The notes under the pieces: generated by a model | Database searches by the model: none | What the model saw: only the letters and a program-made list of their open reading frames with translations | What the model was told of the DNA's origin: nothing | Part shown: in pieces, positions 13,195 through 13,929 of the stretch | How positions within the stretch are numbered: position 1 is the stretch's first letter | Layout: the number at the start of each line of letters is the position of its first letter | Position numbers and translations under genes: made by a program | Assembly: GCA_964453345.1 (NCBI GenBank) | Contig: CAYVOC010000035.1 | Location: 1-13,929, forward strand | Direction of reading: 5' to 3' | Length of the DNA: 13,929 nt | Source: an uncultured Aquificales bacterium | Lineage (GTDB): Bacteria > Thermosulfidibacterota > Thermosulfidibacteria > Thermosulfidibacterales > Thermosulfidibacteraceae

Positions 13195-13929
13195 GTGAGA
13201 GGGAAGCTGTGGCTATCTCTTGTTGGGATTCTGTGCTTTTCCATCTTTCTTGTGACGTCCTCCCGGGCAAAGCTTATACCGGAGTCCAAGTCCGGCTTAA
13301 GAAGCGTGAGCATTGAAACGAAGTCCGGGGTGGAAGTGAGATTCGGTATGAACGAGATATTTCATGTCAACTGGATGAAGAACTATGATTTCTACAAGGA
13401 TGCTTCTGATCCCAACGTTTTCACGGATCCCGAGGGTATAGTGAGGGACAACTTTATCTTCCATCAGGTCTATCTGCCTGTTGAGTTTGTGAAGAAGGGG
13501 CAGTGGAAGGCGCATGTGGTCTTTTCCTATAAGGCCTCTGATTTTGATCAGGGTAAAGATGCCAATTACGAAGACTTTAATGGTGTTGACTATGACCGCT
13601 GGCGTGTGGAAAGGGCCTCTTTTGATTTTAAGCTGAACTTTGTGCCCTTCAACGCCTGGGTTGAGGTGGGGCACGACTCCTATGTTGCCGACTATCTGCT
13701 GGTGTATGGCGACGACGACCCTGGAATAAGGCTTTACGGCAACTACGAAAAGCTCGCCTTTGACTTTAAGTATATAAGAAAGTCCGAGCAGACAGATGAA
13801 GTAGATTTTGGAACCGATTCCAACAGGGATCTTATTGCGGCCAAGCTGAGCTACGACTTCGGAAAGGCCTTCAAGCCCACGCTCAGCTTTGTGTGGGATA
13901 GAAACGGCGCTATGACAAACTGGCAGAGC
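13195..13929 (+). CDS. Exported protein, probable outer-membrane beta-barrel/porin; 3' truncated at the window edge and not in the ORF track
   Basis: GGAGG SD then GTG at 13195, open for 245 codons to the end of the window. Signal peptide MRGKLWLSLVGILCFSIFLVTSSRA. Aromatic/Asp-rich alternating strands (WKAHVVFSYK, WRVERASFDFK, GIRLYGNY, LAFDFKYIRK, IAAKLSYDF). Confidence 0.75.
   Translation, partial: MRGKLWLSLVGILCFSIFLVTSSRAKLIPESKSGLRSVSIETKSGVEVRFGMNEIFHVNWMKNYDFYKDASDPNVFTDPEGIVRDNFIFHQVYLPVEFVKKGQWKAHVVFSYKASDFDQGKDANYEDFNGVDYDRWRVERASFDFKLNFVPFNAWVEVGHDSYVADYLLVYGDDDPGIRLYGNYEKLAFDFKYIRKSEQTDEVDFGTDSNRDLIAAKLSYDFGKAFKPTLSFVWDRNGAMTNWQS

Noticed and set aside
13034-13316. Short ORFs 13034-13270, 13059-13313 and 13125-13316
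   Set aside because: They span the AT-rich intergenic region and overlap the better-supported GTG-13195 gene, and their composition is unlike the real genes.

Overview
Bacterial chromosomal window with moderate GC and AGA/AGG/ATA-rich codons. Together with a very close Aquifex LeuT homologue, this suggests a thermophilic anaerobic or microaerobic diderm (inference only). The left half is a minus-strand run: slyD-like PPIase, pyrE, a soluble MCP with a C-terminal Cache-like domain, [NiFe]-hydrogenase large subunit, Tat-exported small subunit, a membrane MCP with a periplasmic CxxCH heme-c sensor, and the start of a prepilin-like gene. The middle holds a LeuT-like NSS transporter, an unannotated MetS-like small membrane protein and queD. 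The right half holds nfnA-nfnB-dapL-secreted TPR-like protein (minus strand) and a truncated porin-like gene (plus strand) absent from the ORF track. The most striking item is a candidate periplasmic H2-sensing chemotaxis module. Its group-1-like [NiFe]-hydrogenase has sensory-type traits: no cleavable C-terminal extension, a four-Cys medial cluster, an Asp in the proximal cluster motif, and no membrane anchor, cytochrome b or maturation genes in this window. It lies between two chemoreceptors and is tightly coupled to the heme-c MCP.
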